Shown: positions 20,101 through 29,215 of the stretch, piece after piece | Layout: every line of letters begins with the position of its first letter | Numbering within the stretch: position 1 is the first letter of the stretch | Sequence record: NC_023719.1 | DNA length: 64,000 bases | Reading direction: 5' to 3' (one strand) | Translations under genes and position numbers: made by a program | The notes under the pieces: model-generated | Told to the model about the DNA's origin: nothing | Database searches by the model: none | The model's input: only the letters and a program-made list of their open reading frames with translations

Positions 20101-20352
20101 AATACAGCACTTGTTAGCATTGAAGATGCATTTAGCGATACTGGAATAACTTCTATTAACAGTAAATTCTTGAGCTACAATACAAGTTTGCAAAATATGA
20201 GTTATGCATTTAATCGTTGCAATTCTCTTAGAGGAAATGCGCCAGAATACTGGGTTGAAAGTCATCCAATTAATCCTACAGAATTCGCAGCTTGTTTTAG
20301 ATCATGTACAGGTTTAACTAACTACGCTCAAATTCCATCTACTTGGAAATAA
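14185..20352 (+). CDS. 2055-aa probable virion appendage protein: LamG-like, CotH-like kinase domain, LRRs and BspA-like repeats
   Basis: QGTSS, WTLKANFMDSSHANN, DNLGKNM, FYDVD; LRR L..LD.S repeats; many IP..LF..C..L repeats. Confidence 0.75.
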   Translation: MSIKIYNPKTGKWEKNASIIANSIKVIDLPGNFESEDVDGALNELADKIKDMKNDIKYIYENGTIGGGGNGGASTPLITIDGPNEYIVNSNQTIDIFYYFTSPNPGNGVVNITVKGKVIQNSVPQSRNKVTLGPFERGTHVVTISVMDKQGFWSVPKQIKVISGSLEIKTLFDDSRDFTLNDEVIIPYEILTEVNEPVFVDYVYNGNKFTIQANIGANELNLGKLPYMGISTFSMVARNSKYQSNEIRFILVATDSSNLFVSTTFDKETFELGRNLQIPFRISMKNQYSFYSDYYIDDKLITTVTTYPGVNFWNVGTNLDIGHHTLKIVTKTTNGMFSTELVINVEIVSSGYEPYRHVRTGLIAEYDATGKVNNSSNQKVWEDTSGNGVACNLYNFNYTSNGWMNNALNLSGKSYAEINLKPFLNGVKSGFTIDVLCKIELVGNIDACVLSCKNPVTPFQGFQINTWNTSLTSKLSETISAQIQDNTWTKVTYVIDRSNKMMVSYINGIISSVSHLQPNDINMSNYTDEFTFDGKILIGANLDINGNVSNHSVSSVKSVRIYNRALNDNEILQNYIADYTTEEEQMKIRDLNTTEEGMPTISFIGNFEQMDENSERIGQISYNDPKDPSKVFIKDGCLISWQGTSSKNYPVKNWTIKLRDGGVPSLNYAPKNDWKPEDRWTLKANFMDSSHANNVGTCKFINDFFKPYPYPSQIADPKTRSSVDGFPVRLQINGEDVGIYTWNIDRYALNNYGFVTYNTDGTVNRHANAVSYEIGVNSSSGAGAFHDDSWDSIRSEFKCRYNYRGEESVVTEKIPLNGVVTTVLKTGMHNELQALVTWVKNSSDEQFRSELEEHFSKRHLIDYYLIAYVFGMVDNLGKNMVLSTWGKNSQGNTVWYPSFYDVDSLYGLNNSGIIAFNAGLDMDKGDYNTSRSMLWTKLVKMFGQEIRERYHELRLNRTINGVPAPPIFSYENIMSYIGNEVMDTIGQKFYNEDARVKYLNEAGYQWLYLCSGNRRQFTERWLKERFIYMDSVYQFNYDSKAVLRSYAQGNLNLRIKTYSPQWILVSFSDAANTKVKLYVEKAGYTDFSMFVNNGTDNNIEIYGCDNIMYIDGIKKLDVRSINIANAYKLVELDISNSNRIEEISLGNNRYLQKVLCNDCSSLGKGVDNRTLDLSKCSTLRELDCSNTHIANIIFSSTGGVIESLNCSNTAITSFNLYGQEYLKGVKLDDCYDLSEMSIINCNGIEAIEMANTKLASVKINGCEKLDFVDISYTKALRSIDLNGCPNITTLLMAGVSNVNMKDLNLTSLLNLSVLDITGSSFIETITFGQYKENGVTKNFNKLKVLRAENSSLKSIRYGAESPILAYLDLNGLTLDEIRLKACANLKEIRNINLIAESGYEAFHNCYNLEKIQGYIKLIGDASFTFYNCGKLSGLPTLDLSEVVYMGETFANCHSLTASNVRQIMINSNISSKFASSWGVFKNCYNVTGTIPADTFSKCVGLDNASAFFYGCSWSGSLPETIFNPMPKLLYAEYTFFNNSLSGQVPTNIFKNIPLLESVNYIFAHNDFSGANLDELFKYNPNLRKAQAVFTYCHLLTLTISENLFLNNPNIEDVADFFFSCGKVTGSIPRNIFNNIPKTNGTNKLLNIEGFFADTGISGTIPAYISESQRGLLDSCLLLDNVSWLFEDTSITGVIPPDIFKYNNNITNASGVFSGCSGLGDFNSSSDIPPNLFKGKTRLADVSFLFDGCSGLYGSIPAQLFYDCPLINSAHNLFNGCKMLNGEIPRRKSTWSKAPHPTQPGVEIDVETVQQYGLFDKCLELINVSGAFFDCNNLTGEIPSTLLMNANKVTDASHLFARCFNLYGPVPKDLFKNCTNLTTIDSAFADCVNLHNYIVDGENPYVVSPDLFKNCINLRYADHAFAMWGEGLPSNSKLNGAIPPDLFKYNTKLISVEALFSNNFGITGELGEDLFRTNTALVSIEDAFSDTGITSINSKFLSYNTSLQNMSYAFNRCNSLRGNAPEYWVESHPINPTEFAACFRSCTGLTNYAQIPSTWK

Positions 20353-20381
20353 AAAAGAGGGATTCTATCCTTCTTTTTTTA

Positions 20382-20420
20382 TTTACAAAAAACACTATTT
20401 ATGATATAATATATATATAA
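20382..20420 (+). promoter_or_regulatory. sigmaA-type (early) promoter
   Basis: TTTACA-17 nt-TATAAT-ATATATATAA. Confidence 0.75.
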
Positions 20421-20435
20421 CGTAAAAAAGGTGGA

Positions 20436-21053
20436 GTGAATATGATTAAATATAGAAAGTTAACAAAAGAAGATTTTGAAGGAAAATTGTTTGAATTGAT
20501 TAAGAAATATATAGGTAAAGGCTATGAAAATCAAATACAAGATCAAAAGTTAGAATTAGGAGATAAGCTAAATTATGCTATACACAATTTAGTTTATGAA
20601 GGGAAAATAAGTGAAGATTTAGATAAAATAGAATTTGATTTTGAAAATACTGATTGTTTAGAGACAGAAAATATTGGCGATTTTTATTATATGCCGGTAG
20701 TTGCGGGCGGAGATTGGGAACATCCAGTTTTCTTCATTATTTATTTTGATGATGAAGATACTGTACGCGCTTACATTCCAGAAGATGGAAATGTTTACAA
20801 CATTAAAATGAAGAGTGCATTTGGTAATCACGAAGATGAAGAAAAATATGATTTTGTGGATGGAAAATGGCAAGATGTTAAAGTAGAATGCACTGATGAC
20901 CAAGCCTTCAAAGAACAGTATCGACAAATTCTCAAAGAACAACATGGGATTGACGTAGATGGTGACGGATGTGATTTTGAGTATTACGATCTTGATTTTG
21001 ACGAAGAAAAAATGGTAGCAGAAATTACTAGCAAGTTAGAATTAGTTAACTAA
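20436..21053 (+). CDS. Acidic hypothetical protein (probably early)
   Basis: 205-aa ORF directly behind the consensus promoter. Confidence 0.75.
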   Translation: MNMIKYRKLTKEDFEGKLFELIKKYIGKGYENQIQDQKLELGDKLNYAIHNLVYEGKISEDLDKIEFDFENTDCLETENIGDFYYMPVVAGGDWEHPVFFIIYFDDEDTVRAYIPEDGNVYNIKMKSAFGNHEDEEKYDFVDGKWQDVKVECTDDQAFKEQYRQILKEQHGIDVDGDGCDFEYYDLDFDEEKMVAEITSKLELVN

Positions 21054-21159
21054 ATTCAAAACAATAAAACCCACTAAACAGACATTTTATAATGTCTGTT
21101 TTTTTTATTTTAAAAACTTGTCTTAGAATGCATACTATATATAGAGGTGAGTTATTAAT

Positions 21160-22230
21160 TTGATTGGCATCTATATGATAAGAAATAAAATAAACAATAA
21201 AAAATACATCGGGCAAGCAGTTAACATAATAAGTAGATGGAGAAACGGACATTTATTACCATTAAGAAAAAAAAAGCATCACAATGATCATTTGCAGAAA
21301 TCTTGGAACAAATATGGAGAAGAGAATTTTGAATTACTTATTTTAAAAATTTTTGAAAACCATAAACAAGATTTATTAGACAAATATGAAAAATATTTTA
21401 TAGCTTACTATAAAACAATTAATTCTCAATATGGCTACAACAAAAATGACGGTGGGCATAATGGAAAACACAATGATGAAATCTTAAAGAAAATAAGTGA
21501 AAAAATCTCTCATAAATTATTAACAACAGAACAAGCAAATGAAGTTATCAGTATGCTTATTAGCGGAAAATCTGAACAAGAGATAGCAAATACGTTTAAT
21601 ATAAATCGACGTTTAGTGCGAGCAATCAAGTTTAATAAAACTTATCGTTTTATTAATCGAAAAGGTTACGTTCCAAAAGAAAAAATGAAAACCAGAGAAC
21701 ACTTAAAAGAAGATAAGGTTTTAAGTATTTTAAAAGATTATGAAAATGGAGTGTATATAAAAGATATTTTAAATAAACATTCTATATCTAGGAAAGTATT
21801 TGATAATATTAGAAACAATAAAACCTATTTAAACGTAGATAGAAGAGGGTTTAATACTAAAAAAAGAAAAATTAATAAAAAATATAATGAACTAGATGAA
21901 AATTTAGTTATTAAAATATTAAACTCTTTATCGAATTCAGAAAGAATGAATGATATTTGTATTGAATTCAATGTCAAATACAACGATGTGAAGCTTTTAA
22001 AAGAAAATAAAATTTTTACACATATAAGTAGAGAAAACTTCAATATCCCATTATTTGCTAGAAACAAAAGTGGGTATCGCTTTTCTGATGACGAAGTTAA
22101 AGATATATTGAAAAGACTACAAAACGGCGAAAAAATAATAGATATATGCAAAATCTATGGTAAGAATTCTGCAAATACAATTAGTAAAATCAAAAATGGA
22201 ATTGCATATAAACACATTAAAAGAGATTAA
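21160..22230 (+). mobile_element. Free-standing GIY-YIG homing endonuclease with four C-terminal HTH-like repeats
   Basis: GIYMIRNKINNKKYIG, conserved R, F and E, YN..GG; not inside an intron. Confidence 0.88.
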
Positions 22231-22243
22231 AGGGAGAGAAAAC

Positions 22244-23383
22244 ATGAAAATATTAGCTTTTGCAGATTTCCATTTGGGAGTAACGGCATATGGACGCATT
22301 GACCCAGAAACCAATTTAAATACTAGAGTTTTGAATGCGTTAAAATCACTAGATGAAATGATTGATTACGCTATAAATAAAAAAATTAAAGTTATAGCTT
22401 TTGCTGGCGATGCATATCATCGTAGTTCACCTTCTCCAACTTTAATTTCCGAATTTAATACAAGAATTAGGAGAGCTGTTGATGCTGGAATAAAAGTTCT
22501 ATTATTAACTGGAAACCACGATGTAGACAGAATTGAAACAAAACAATCTCCACTTGGGGCTTTTGATGACTTAAAGGTAGAAGGAGCTTTTCACTCTAGA
22601 TTTCATAAAGAAGTTAATTTAGAAGTTGATGGAGAAACTGTAAAGTTCGTATTCTTACCAACATATCACACTAAAGAAGATATTGAACACATTGTTGATA
22701 ATACGACTTATGATGGTAACCCTATAGTTTTCTTAGCGCATCTAACATACCAAGGCGCGATGTTAAACGAATGGAATATAGCAGAAAAGGAAACTTACAT
22801 CGATCCATCTGTCTTTGATAAAGAAGGAGTAGCAGCTGTTGTTTCTGGTCATTTACACAAACATCAAACTCTATATAACTCTCCTTTTGTATTCTATTGT
22901 GGTTCATTACAAAGAGTTGATTTTTCTGAAGAGCAACAATCTAAAGGTTTTGTAGTATTAGATGTAAAAAGTGATTCTCAAGTAACTTATGATTTTATTG
23001 AAATAGAATCACAAAAAATGTTTACTCTTGATTTAGATTTAATAGGTGAATCTGAAGAGACAGAACTTGTGATTTCTAATCTAACTAGTTTTAAGAAGAG
23101 ATTAGAAAATGCAATTGTTAGAATCAGATTGGATTTAGATAAAAATAATGTAATAAATGAAGCTAGAATATATGATTGCGCTTATAATTTAGGTGCAGCT
23201 AATGTATTAGATATACAAAAGAGATTCCAAAAGCAAAATATTGTTCGAAATGCTAATTTAACGGAACATGTTGATGAATATAAAGCTTTAGAATTGTATT
23301 ACGAAGACAAGGATAATGCTGATGAGTTAATAGAATTAGGAAAAGAAATAATTGAGCAATTGAAGAAAGAAGGCAAAATTTAA
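22244..23383 (+). CDS. sbcD: SbcD/Mre11 (T4 gp47-like) nuclease
   Basis: ADFHLG, AGDAY, GNHD, SGHLH, YCGSLQRVDFSE; start ATG22244 after RBS GGGAG. Confidence 0.92.
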   Translation: MKILAFADFHLGVTAYGRIDPETNLNTRVLNALKSLDEMIDYAINKKIKVIAFAGDAYHRSSPSPTLISEFNTRIRRAVDAGIKVLLLTGNHDVDRIETKQSPLGAFDDLKVEGAFHSRFHKEVNLEVDGETVKFVFLPTYHTKEDIEHIVDNTTYDGNPIVFLAHLTYQGAMLNEWNIAEKETYIDPSVFDKEGVAAVVSGHLHKHQTLYNSPFVFYCGSLQRVDFSEEQQSKGFVVLDVKSDSQVTYDFIEIESQKMFTLDLDLIGESEETELVISNLTSFKKRLENAIVRIRLDLDKNNVINEARIYDCAYNLGAANVLDIQKRFQKQNIVRNANLTEHVDEYKALELYYEDKDNADELIELGKEIIEQLKKEGKI

Positions 23384-23586
23384 TGAATCTAATCAACAAA
23401 GAAACAATACAGCAAATCTTGTCGTTTTATCCTGACGAATCTAAAGAGTTAATTAAACATCAAATTAATGCAATGGAAGAAATAATAAAAAAGCAAAGTG
23501 ATTTATACACAAAAGATAAAGGTTATCAACGAGCTGTTGATTACATTTTGAAACAGATTATAGAAGGTAAATTTATATTGAAGTAA
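23383..23586 (+). CDS. Small hypothetical protein
   Basis: Start overlaps the sbcD stop. Confidence 0.6.
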   Translation: MNLINKETIQQILSFYPDESKELIKHQINAMEEIIKKQSDLYTKDKGYQRAVDYILKQIIEGKFILK

Positions 23587-23725
23587 TGGAGATGGACAAA
23601 ACCATCTCTTTTATTTTGTAAATTTCTCCACAAATTGTAAAATTTTTACAAGTGATAATTTCGCTATTTTAAAATATTAGTGTTATATAAAAATGTTTCA
23701 AATTTGAAATAAGGAGGGAAGCGTT

Positions 23726-24019
23726 ATGACTATAGATAAGTTTAAATCTGGATTCTTAGGTAGTTCTTCTATATTAGTAAGCACAGTTAATACAGAATTG
23801 GTCGAGAGTGGTGTTCATTTTAAAGAGTTTTCATTTTTTAATTATCAATCTTGTACGATTCAAATAAATGATTCTGAACCAATCTACTTAGCTGCAGAGC
23901 AGGGATTTTCTTATTCTACCTATAAAGAAGACAAGTTAATATATAGTTTTGTTATTAATAATGCTGATGTCTCTTATAATTGGATAGGAGCGATAAAGTA
24001 TGTCTCTATTCATAAATAA
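23726..24019 (+). CDS. 97-aa hypothetical protein, copy 1 (paralogue of 34013-34306)
   Basis: RBS AAGGAGG; 17 differences in 97 aa versus copy 2 (hand count). Confidence 0.8.
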   Translation: MTIDKFKSGFLGSSSILVSTVNTELVESGVHFKEFSFFNYQSCTIQINDSEPIYLAAEQGFSYSTYKEDKLIYSFVINNADVSYNWIGAIKYVSIHK

Positions 24020-24290
24020 GCCTAAAGGCACTGGTAATGGAAACGAAGGTGGCGGAAATGGATCGGATTATACTTATCGTATAAGAGAAGTGCCTCTTGG
24101 TGTAGTTGATGGCATAAACAGCGTATTTACTTTAAGTTTTATACCTAAAGCCGGTACCGAACACGTTTTTAAGAATGGGATGTTAATGTCTAGTGAAGTA
24201 AGTGGAGATTATGTTCTTAATGGTAACAAGATTACTTTTAATAATCCACCATTAAAAGGAACGAAGATATTAGTTACTTATATGGAATAA
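24000..24290 (+). CDS. Small tail/appendage-type domain protein
   Basis: G..DG.N..FTL...P......VF.NG..M....DY...G..ITF..PP pattern; Gly-rich linker. Confidence 0.55.
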   Translation: MSLFINKPKGTGNGNEGGGNGSDYTYRIREVPLGVVDGINSVFTLSFIPKAGTEHVFKNGMLMSSEVSGDYVLNGNKITFNNPPLKGTKILVTYME

Positions 24291-24330
24291 ATCGCGTGAT
24301 TAAAATTTATTATTTTGCGAGGTGATTTAA

Positions 24331-24906
24331 GTGACAACAAGAATAGATGATAGTCAAATTGGTTCCGAGAAGCTTGATAGCTTAGTTGATAATGTCGGTA
24401 ATATTAGAGCTCCAATAAAAGATTTAACAGGTTTATCTGCGGTTCCTATTGAAGGAGAGAGAACGTATGTTAAATCTTTAAATATGGATTTAGTATTTGA
24501 TTCTGCGAAAAATGAGTGGGTACCAATTGGTAGCAATAATTCTATTGTAGATGAGAAAACAATTGTATTCGTTATGCAAAAGCCAATATTAGGTCCACAA
24601 AAAATTGAAATTCTATTCCCTTATAAGGGGAACATAACTGATATTTACGCTTCTCTCGTAGTACCTGGAGAAACAAGTACAATTCTTCAGGTTCAAAAAT
24701 GTTCTCAAACAAATTATGAGAATAATGTAGTATGGATGAACGTGGGAGATCCGATGACTATTTTGAAAGATAGAAAAACATCAACACAGGTTTTTGCAGG
24801 CTCAGGTCATACTGTTTCTTTAAATGATTATTTTAGAATTGATATTACAAAGTTGGGCCAAAATATAGAGAGCTTAACTGTTAATATAAAAATTAAACTA
24901 GATTAG
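24331..24906 (+). CDS. Probable virion structural protein
   Basis: Beta-rich ORF in the structural island. Confidence 0.55.
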   Translation: MTTRIDDSQIGSEKLDSLVDNVGNIRAPIKDLTGLSAVPIEGERTYVKSLNMDLVFDSAKNEWVPIGSNNSIVDEKTIVFVMQKPILGPQKIEILFPYKGNITDIYASLVVPGETSTILQVQKCSQTNYENNVVWMNVGDPMTILKDRKTSTQVFAGSGHTVSLNDYFRIDITKLGQNIESLTVNIKIKLD

Positions 24907-24917
24907 AGGTGTTAATT

Positions 24918-25379
24918 ATGGCGACTCCAGTAATAACATGGTATAAAGCAAATAATATTGATCAAGCAACAAAATATGATGTTGGTATTGTTGATGCAGG
25001 GAGTATATCTCCAGATACAACAATGCTTATTTGGAACAACAGAGGTCTTCAAACAGACGTATCTGATATGACAAGTTGTACTATTACAACAAAAGATATC
25101 AGTGGTGGTAATAGTGGTGAGATTATCACTAACACATGGATTAGAGTTAAGGTTGATTCTATGCAAGAACAATCATTTACTCCAATTGGTGGTACTGTGA
25201 CTAAAGAGATAAGAGCTGCTGGAGCACCTGCCGGAGTTATAAAAGGTACATCTAATGATGGTATAGCAGAAAACTCAGCAATGAATTTTGCAAAAGTAAC
25301 TTTGCATGCTAATGTTCCACAAATTGCGACTGCTGGTAACTTTGATTTTATAACAAGAGTATCTTACCAATATATTTAA
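24918..25379 (+). CDS. Probable virion structural protein
   Basis: RBS GAGGTG; beta-rich. Confidence 0.6.
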   Translation: MATPVITWYKANNIDQATKYDVGIVDAGSISPDTTMLIWNNRGLQTDVSDMTSCTITTKDISGGNSGEIITNTWIRVKVDSMQEQSFTPIGGTVTKEIRAAGAPAGVIKGTSNDGIAENSAMNFAKVTLHANVPQIATAGNFDFITRVSYQYI

Positions 25380-25380
25380 C

Positions 25381-25415
25381 AAATTAAGAAGCTCATTTTT
25401 TGAGCTTCTTAATTT
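25381..25415 (+). terminator. Hairpin, probable terminator
   Basis: AAATTAAGAAGCTCA-TTTTT-TGAGCTTCTTAATTT. Confidence 0.55.
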
Positions 25416-25440
25416 AGCTTTTTGAATGGAGGAGAAAAAT

Positions 25441-26034
25441 ATGTTTTCAGGAGATATAAGATTTTCGCCAGTAAATCAAGATTTCATATGGATGGCTGAA
25501 TATGTTAATGGAAGTTATTATTCTGAATTTGATTTTTCAACTAAAAAAGAAAATCAATTCTACAATATTAAACGAAATGAACTAATTAGATTTGGGTTAG
25601 TTGGGTGCGGATTGAAATTATATTATGAAGCTATAGGTGGAGTATTTAAACTTAATGGTCAAATGATTGAATTAATTTATGAAGTTGATGGTAAAGAATA
25701 CTACCTTACTGGCAATCAAAAATATTATAATGACATTATTTCATATAAAGATGCTCATTCTTTTTTATCATTCGATCGCGAAGGAGAAGTTAAGAGTAAT
25801 ATTAATCAATACAATTTTGGTTACAAAGTGAATTTAAATTATGATGATTTAGAATTTAACTTTAAAGCACTTTGTAAAATTCCGTTTAATAAGCCAGTAT
25901 ATTTAAACTTCAGATTAGTGGCTAACAAAGATTTAGAAGGGTTTTTTGTAATTAAAAGAAACGGCCATGTGGTTGATAAATTCCAAGCTCCATTACAAAA
26001 AAATGTTAGTGGAGAACTAAATTGGCAATTGTAG
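25441..26034 (+). CDS. Hypothetical protein
   Basis: RBS GGAGGAG before ATG25441. Confidence 0.7.
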   Translation: MFSGDIRFSPVNQDFIWMAEYVNGSYYSEFDFSTKKENQFYNIKRNELIRFGLVGCGLKLYYEAIGGVFKLNGQMIELIYEVDGKEYYLTGNQKYYNDIISYKDAHSFLSFDREGEVKSNINQYNFGYKVNLNYDDLEFNFKALCKIPFNKPVYLNFRLVANKDLEGFFVIKRNGHVVDKFQAPLQKNVSGELNWQL

Positions 26035-26049
26035 TGAGGTGATAATAAA

Positions 26050-27183
26050 ATGGAATCTACTAATAATAGTGGAGTTTTAGAAACTAAAGAGATAGGTTTA
26101 CCTATTAGTACTAGTGGGACTCACTTTAACACTGAAATAGACGAAGTAACTAATACTTTAAGATTAAAAAAGGTTGATACTGATGCAACAGGTACTGTTC
26201 TTTATGCAAGCGAAGGTTATTGGATTTCAAATGTAATTGATTTAGGCGATAAATTTGCTGATTTTGACAAAATATTTACAACAAATGTAAACGCGGGATC
26301 AAGTTCTTTTTCTATCTTCACCAGAGTTTCTGATAATAGTATTACTTGGTCAGATTGGGTTGCTATTGCGGTAGATAGTACTATTCAGTCTGAAACAAAA
26401 CAATATATTCAAATCAAAATAAATTTATTTGCAGGTTATACTGATAGTGTTTTTTTAATATCAAGCTTTAAAAATGCAAATGATGTTAATTTATTCGATA
26501 ACAAAAATTTCATCGACACATCTAATGGGCTTAAATTAAAAAGAAATTATAGTTTTGATATGATAAAAGATGAAACTTGGAAAGATACGGGTAGTTTACA
26601 CCGTATGTTTATTACTCGTAGTGAATGGTTAAAAATTGATAGATTAGAAGTAAAAAATAAACCTTTCATTAAAGCAAATACTGATTTAGTTGGGATTTTA
26701 AATGCCGATACTAGTTCTAATATTAAACTGTATAGTAGTACTGTATACGGATCACAATTTGAAAATTGGAAAGCTTTCAATGGAATAAATGACGGCGGAG
26801 TAAACTGCACTTTATTATCTGGGACAAGTGGGTACCTTGCTATTGTCTTCAATACTAAACAGCCTTTAGGTAAATATAGAATTGGCTATGCAGATATTCA
26901 AACTAATAATGCTGTCCCTACAGACTGGATTCTCTATGGTTCCAATGATACTACAAATGGCGTAGATGGAGCATGGACTATAATAGACACGGTAAGTAAC
27001 CAAGCATGGACAGCAGGGCAGAAAGGGTTCAGAGATTTTGAAATTGAAAATAAATATGGTTTAGTTCAATATAAAGCTTACCGATTCTCCCATTCTAAAA
27101 ATAACGGTTATAGCATATATACTGCTTATTCAGAAATTCAATTAATTTCACCATCTTACGATGTAGAGAAGGAGGTTTTATAA
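26050..27183 (+). CDS. Structural protein with discoidin (F5/8 type C)-like domain
   Basis: WKAFNG, PTDWILYGSND..W, YKAYR pattern. Confidence 0.65.
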   Translation: MESTNNSGVLETKEIGLPISTSGTHFNTEIDEVTNTLRLKKVDTDATGTVLYASEGYWISNVIDLGDKFADFDKIFTTNVNAGSSSFSIFTRVSDNSITWSDWVAIAVDSTIQSETKQYIQIKINLFAGYTDSVFLISSFKNANDVNLFDNKNFIDTSNGLKLKRNYSFDMIKDETWKDTGSLHRMFITRSEWLKIDRLEVKNKPFIKANTDLVGILNADTSSNIKLYSSTVYGSQFENWKAFNGINDGGVNCTLLSGTSGYLAIVFNTKQPLGKYRIGYADIQTNNAVPTDWILYGSNDTTNGVDGAWTIIDTVSNQAWTAGQKGFRDFEIENKYGLVQYKAYRFSHSKNNGYSIYTAYSEIQLISPSYDVEKEVL

Positions 27184-27184
27184 T

Positions 27185-29188
27185 ATGACAACTTGGAACC
27201 TTACTGAAAAGGGTACGGGGATAACTCTTTCTAATAATAACTTAACAGCAGCTGGAATCACTCAAACAAGTTCTGTAAAATCTACAGACCCTAAGACATC
27301 TGGTAAATGGTTTTGCGAAGTAAAAATTGATACAGTGAATTATAACTATATAGGTATTGCACCATCAAATGCATCAATGACTTCTAGTCTTAGTACTTCC
27401 ACGGATCTTTTCTGTTATTATTATGATGGAAGGAAAATTAATAGTGGTGTTTCAGCCGCATATGCTTCATCATATACTACGGGGGATATAATTGGTATTC
27501 TTGTTGATTTCGAAGATGGCATATTAACGTTTTATAAAAATGGTATTAATCAAGGAGTAGCTTATAACAATATTAAGGCACTAGCGGATTTTTGCATTGT
27601 TGCTAGTAGTGGTACTGTGAGCGCTACGGGTAAAGTTACTGCTAATTTTGGTGCAACACCATTTGCTTTTAACCCGTTAGAAGAAACATTACCGCCTGGA
27701 GTGAAAAGTTATGATGGTTCTCAACAGCTATCAGCAATGAATAAGTCTTTTATTTATAATGATAACACATACAAGGCATTTACAGTAGGGAAAAATGCTA
27801 TAGAGAGTGTAAACATTATTCCAAAAATGATTAACGATACAACTCCCGCACCATATGTATCATCTGCATCTTCTTCTTATGGTGGATACACGGCTTTTAA
27901 TGCATTCAGTCAAATATTCAACGGCTCTAGTAGATGGATAGCGGGAGCTGTAGCTCCGCAATGGGCAAAGATAGACTTAAATAAACCAAATAAAGCCTAC
28001 TCATATAAACTATCAGCAGGACATGTCGACCAGCAAACGGCTTCATGGATACTACAAGGTAGCAATGATGACAATCAGTGGATAGATTTGCATACTGTTA
28101 CAAAGAAACCTTTAGCTATTGACACATACACTGAATTTCCTATTCCTGTACCTAATTACTATAGATACTATAGAGTGTATATTACAGAAGTGTATTCTGG
28201 TGGGGTATTGGCGCAAGCACTCGCTTCTTTAAGTGGATTCGCATTGATGACAGAATATATACCAGCAAGCGTTTCTAAGTGGGAAAATATTTCAAATGTA
28301 ACTCCTACTAAACAGCAGTTTATTGATAAAGGCATGGATAATTTAAATAGTCTTAATAGGTCTGTCCAAAATAAAAGTTTACCAATGCTAAATAATAGTG
28401 AAATCTTGTTAGGTGAACCAGGTAAGGTTTTTAGTGGAACTATTGACCTTGAGAAATACCCTGATATTAAAAAGGTAGCTATTAATAATTATGCTAAAGG
28501 GACAATGACCTTGAAATCTAAAGATCATTACTCAATATTAACTATTACTAAAAGTAGAAAAGTAGTAAATATGACATCTAATTCCACTCCTTCGCCGTTT
28601 GTAGCAAGCGCTAGCGGACAAAGTTCAGCTACTTACGCAGCTTGGAAAGCTTTTGATGGATCTACCACTGGATCAAATATCGGATGGGGAGTAGGTGTAA
28701 AAAGTGGATGGTTACAGATTGATTTTGGAAAAAAAACCAGCATTTGTGGATTCACATTGCATTCAGGAAAAAATGGAGGATACTATTTGCATTCTTCATC
28801 ACCTCATGATTTTAAATTAACTGGGTCTTATGATGGATTAAACTGGTATGATATTAATGAATATGTTACGACTTGGGGTAGTAACAATGCAAGCAATACT
28901 TCGAAGAAATTTGATTGTAAGTATGTTAATTATAGATATTATAGATTAGTTATTAATTCTTCAGCTACTACAAATATATATGTAGGAGAAATGTTTTTTG
29001 AAGAATATGAAATAAAAATGACAGAGTATCCAATTAGTAATAAAAATTTACTTATTAACAATAGCGGGGAAATATTTTTTAATTACTTAATTGAGAAGAA
29101 AGACTATGTTTTACAAGATGATGGCAGTTTAGGTAATTTCAACACTATTACTACTAACCAAAAACCACTAAGTATTAAATTTGATTAA
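27185..29188 (+). CDS. SPRY plus two discoidin-like domains (adhesin/appendage protein)
   Basis: SGKWFCEV..GDIIGILVD..G.LTFYKNG (SPRY); AF..W..Q..WILQGSND..W and WKAFDG..GW.QIDFG..GSYDG.NW (discoidin). Confidence 0.75.
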   Translation: MTTWNLTEKGTGITLSNNNLTAAGITQTSSVKSTDPKTSGKWFCEVKIDTVNYNYIGIAPSNASMTSSLSTSTDLFCYYYDGRKINSGVSAAYASSYTTGDIIGILVDFEDGILTFYKNGINQGVAYNNIKALADFCIVASSGTVSATGKVTANFGATPFAFNPLEETLPPGVKSYDGSQQLSAMNKSFIYNDNTYKAFTVGKNAIESVNIIPKMINDTTPAPYVSSASSSYGGYTAFNAFSQIFNGSSRWIAGAVAPQWAKIDLNKPNKAYSYKLSAGHVDQQTASWILQGSNDDNQWIDLHTVTKKPLAIDTYTEFPIPVPNYYRYYRVYITEVYSGGVLAQALASLSGFALMTEYIPASVSKWENISNVTPTKQQFIDKGMDNLNSLNRSVQNKSLPMLNNSEILLGEPGKVFSGTIDLEKYPDIKKVAINNYAKGTMTLKSKDHYSILTITKSRKVVNMTSNSTPSPFVASASGQSSATYAAWKAFDGSTTGSNIGWGVGVKSGWLQIDFGKKTSICGFTLHSGKNGGYYLHSSSPHDFKLTGSYDGLNWYDINEYVTTWGSNNASNTSKKFDCKYVNYRYYRLVINSSATTNIYVGEMFFEEYEIKMTEYPISNKNLLINNSGEIFFNYLIEKKDYVLQDDGSLGNFNTITTNQKPLSIKFD

Positions 29189-29215
29189 AATAAATTTAAA
29201 AAGAGGTGAAACGAT

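Noticed and set aside
22157-22243. N-terminal extension of sbcD overlapping the GIY-YIG gene, or an intron arrangement
   Set aside because: The RBS and the MKILAFADFH motif place the start at 22244; sbcD is intact and no intron core is present.
10938-23680. Late-promoter motif (TATTTTAAAATA near 10940 and 23665; TATAAATA near 11525)
   Set aside because: Too few instances and easily expected by chance in DNA this AT-rich; needs TSS data.
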